64,000 bases of DNA from Lama glama. Its lineage: Eukaryota. The notes beneath the pieces were generated by a model. It saw nothing but the letters and a program-made list of their open reading frames with translations. It made no database searches and was not told the DNA's origin. The DNA is taken from NCBI GenBank assembly GCA_028534125.1, contig CM052818.1, positions 35,280,001-35,344,000 of the forward strand. Reading direction: 5' to 3'. The position numbers and the translations under genes are program-made. Below, piece after piece: positions 62,240 through 64,000 of this stretch (the first letter of the stretch is position 1; every line of letters starts with the position of its first letter).

Positions 62240-62775
62240 CTATCCCACAGGCTGTAGAACCTGGTCAAAGTGGGCTTGTGACCATAGTCAGAACAACTGA
62301 AGTAACCCTCGGGACTTTTCTGCTAGGGATTGCACTGTGAGTGAGGGTAACACTGAAAAACAAAGCAGGACAATTGTGTCTCAGACCTTGAGGCTCAGGG
62401 GTTGGGGAGGGAGTGTTGTTAAAGCACATGGAGCCTCATGTCCTAGAAGCATACGGGGGCTTCTTGAAAGAAAGGAATTTACGTTCTTCCACTGGGATTC
62501 TAAGTTGGGAGAGTGTGAACCTGAGACTGCTGCCTACCATCTTGGAGTTGTTTAAAGTAGGGGAAAGTGCCAATGCAGTGGGAAGCAGACAAGAGTCACG
62601 GAGAGAGAGCTAGCTCTGGAGCTGGCATTTGAGTCCCTGGATCTACCTATTCCTGAATCCCCAGCCCTGGTCTTCTCAATTGTCTCAACCCTAAACTAAT
62701 TAATCCTTTTGTTTGTTTAAGGTGGTCTAGGTAGGATTCTGTCACTTGGTTGTTACTGCAGGATAACCTAGCGTA
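62240..62775 (+). mobile_element. Old MaLR LTR (MLT1J/K-like), diverged
   Basis: ctgctgcctaccatcttg...tttgagtccctggatctacctattcctgaa...cttttgtttgtttaagg...ggattctgtcacttg. Confidence 0.5.
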
Positions 62776-63244
62776 TCCTGACTGATACTTTTCCTCACCC
62801 CAGATGATCTAGGGTCAACCAGGATACCGATCGGGTCACAATGGGGCAGACACAAATGAGAGGGCTGTAGGATCCCAAAAGCTAAATCAATCTGAGCTGG
62901 ACCCAGTGTAATGTGTAGTGAGCAGGGCCCAGTAGGGTTAGCTAGCACTGACAAGTCTCTTCTCAGGACAATCTGGAGGGTCGTTCTCAGGCCAAAGACG
63001 TCAGGAACAGGCACTGGAACCAACCATGGTTGCTTCTTACTGGACATAAACAAACCCCCTAACATAGTCATCTTGGGCCTCTTGACACCAACAACACAGA
63101 CATCCAAGGTCACACACATCATGGGCTCCCAGTGATTTAATCATAAATAGTTCTACTGAATAGAAACTTAGAGTTTCCCATCTTGATTCTCAGAATTTCA
63201 TCTTAAGAGTAACTATAATGTTTTAAAGGAACTCTAATGATTTC

Positions 63245-63700
63245 CCAGTCAGATGAACCACACTTTGAATCCTAGCTCTGCCACTTCCCAACTGTGTGGC
63301 TTTGACTGAGCCTCAATTTTCTCATCTGTAGAGTGAGAATAATACAAACTACCACAGAGGGTTGGTAAGGACTGAGGGAAAAGTGCCAACCTGGTGCCTG
63401 GTGCACAAGAGACATTCAGTGAGCTGTCAATGCTATTTGGGGGCAGTATTGTATAAGCCCTTAAGGAATAGAGCCGTATGGCAGCCATCTTTCTAAACAC
63501 AATCTTTCCTTTAGCCAAGCTTTAGCGTGCCTGTAGATGCCCAGCGTGATGTCAAAAGCGAAGTGGCAAGAAGCCTACAATGCACAGATTTATTCAATCA
63601 AAGTTTATTGAGAACCTACTATGTGCCAAGTGCTGGGCTACAGAGATGACAGAGGTGGTCTCTGTCTTCATGGAAGGATCATCATCTCTGAAACTGGCCA
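63245..63700. mobile_element. MIR (63245-63440) and L2 fragment (63588-63700)
   Basis: tttgaatcctagctctgccacttccc...gagcctcaattttctcatctgtag; ttattcaatcaaagtttattgagaacctactatgtgccaagtgctggg. Confidence 0.7.
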
Positions 63701-64000
63701 GGTGGAGACCATGGATAGCAGGGCCTATCATCAGTGGCATGGGGTGACCACCTGACTGAGGGTGACACAGAAAAAGACCAAGACAACTATGTAGAGAGTG
63801 ACCTCTGACCTTGAGGTATGGGGAGTGGGCAGATTGAAGGACCTGAAAGCATTAGACCGCTTCCAGAAGGAAAATCTCTTGGATGAAAGATCAGCTCCGT
63901 GTCCCAGAGTTAGCTATCTCTGTTCCTGTGACCCTTGAAGGGGTGAAGTTGGACGAGGGGTACAGAAATGTAGGACTGGTCTCAGTGGTGAGGGATTGGG

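Noticed and set aside
41400..64000. DNMT3A or another protein-coding gene downstream of DTNB
   Set aside because: No recognisable coding exons or large promoter CpG island are present; the listed ORFs are short, unrelated to proteins I recognise, or repeat-derived.

Overview
Mammalian genomic DNA, probably from a camelid: it carries a tRNA-Ala-derived SINE resembling vic-1 and cetartiodactyl-type L1 3' ends. Positions 1 to about 40,750 hold the 3' part of DTNB (beta-dystrobrevin) on the + strand. I can read six coding exons with canonical GT-AG boundaries and matching phases: 4442-4538, a 21-nt microexon at 9826-9846, 30957-31110, 31893-31982, 35009-35062 and a stop-containing exon at 38505-38539. 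A non-coding last exon starts at 40441. The rest is intergenic, with CpG-rich regulatory clusters near 41.0-41.4, 42.2-42.4, 49.3-49.6 and 55.0-55.3 kb. In human the next gene in this direction is DNMT3A (recalled synteny; it is not visible here). L1, L2, L3, MIR, MaLR LTR and hAT DNA-transposon relics are common. The most interesting signals are candidate switches of the beta-dystrobrevin C-terminus: an in-frame 42-nt cassette exon (30791-30832), a candidate truncating last exon encoding IQGL* (from 12737), an RBFOX-motif-flanked microexon whose read-through mirrors alpha-dystrobrevin-2, a candidate alternative last exon at 32305, and a skippable 35-nt stop exon. There is also a convergent CTCF-motif pair downstream of the gene. 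Almost all entries in the ORF track are chance ORFs. Repeat family names and human comparisons are from memory, not from searches.
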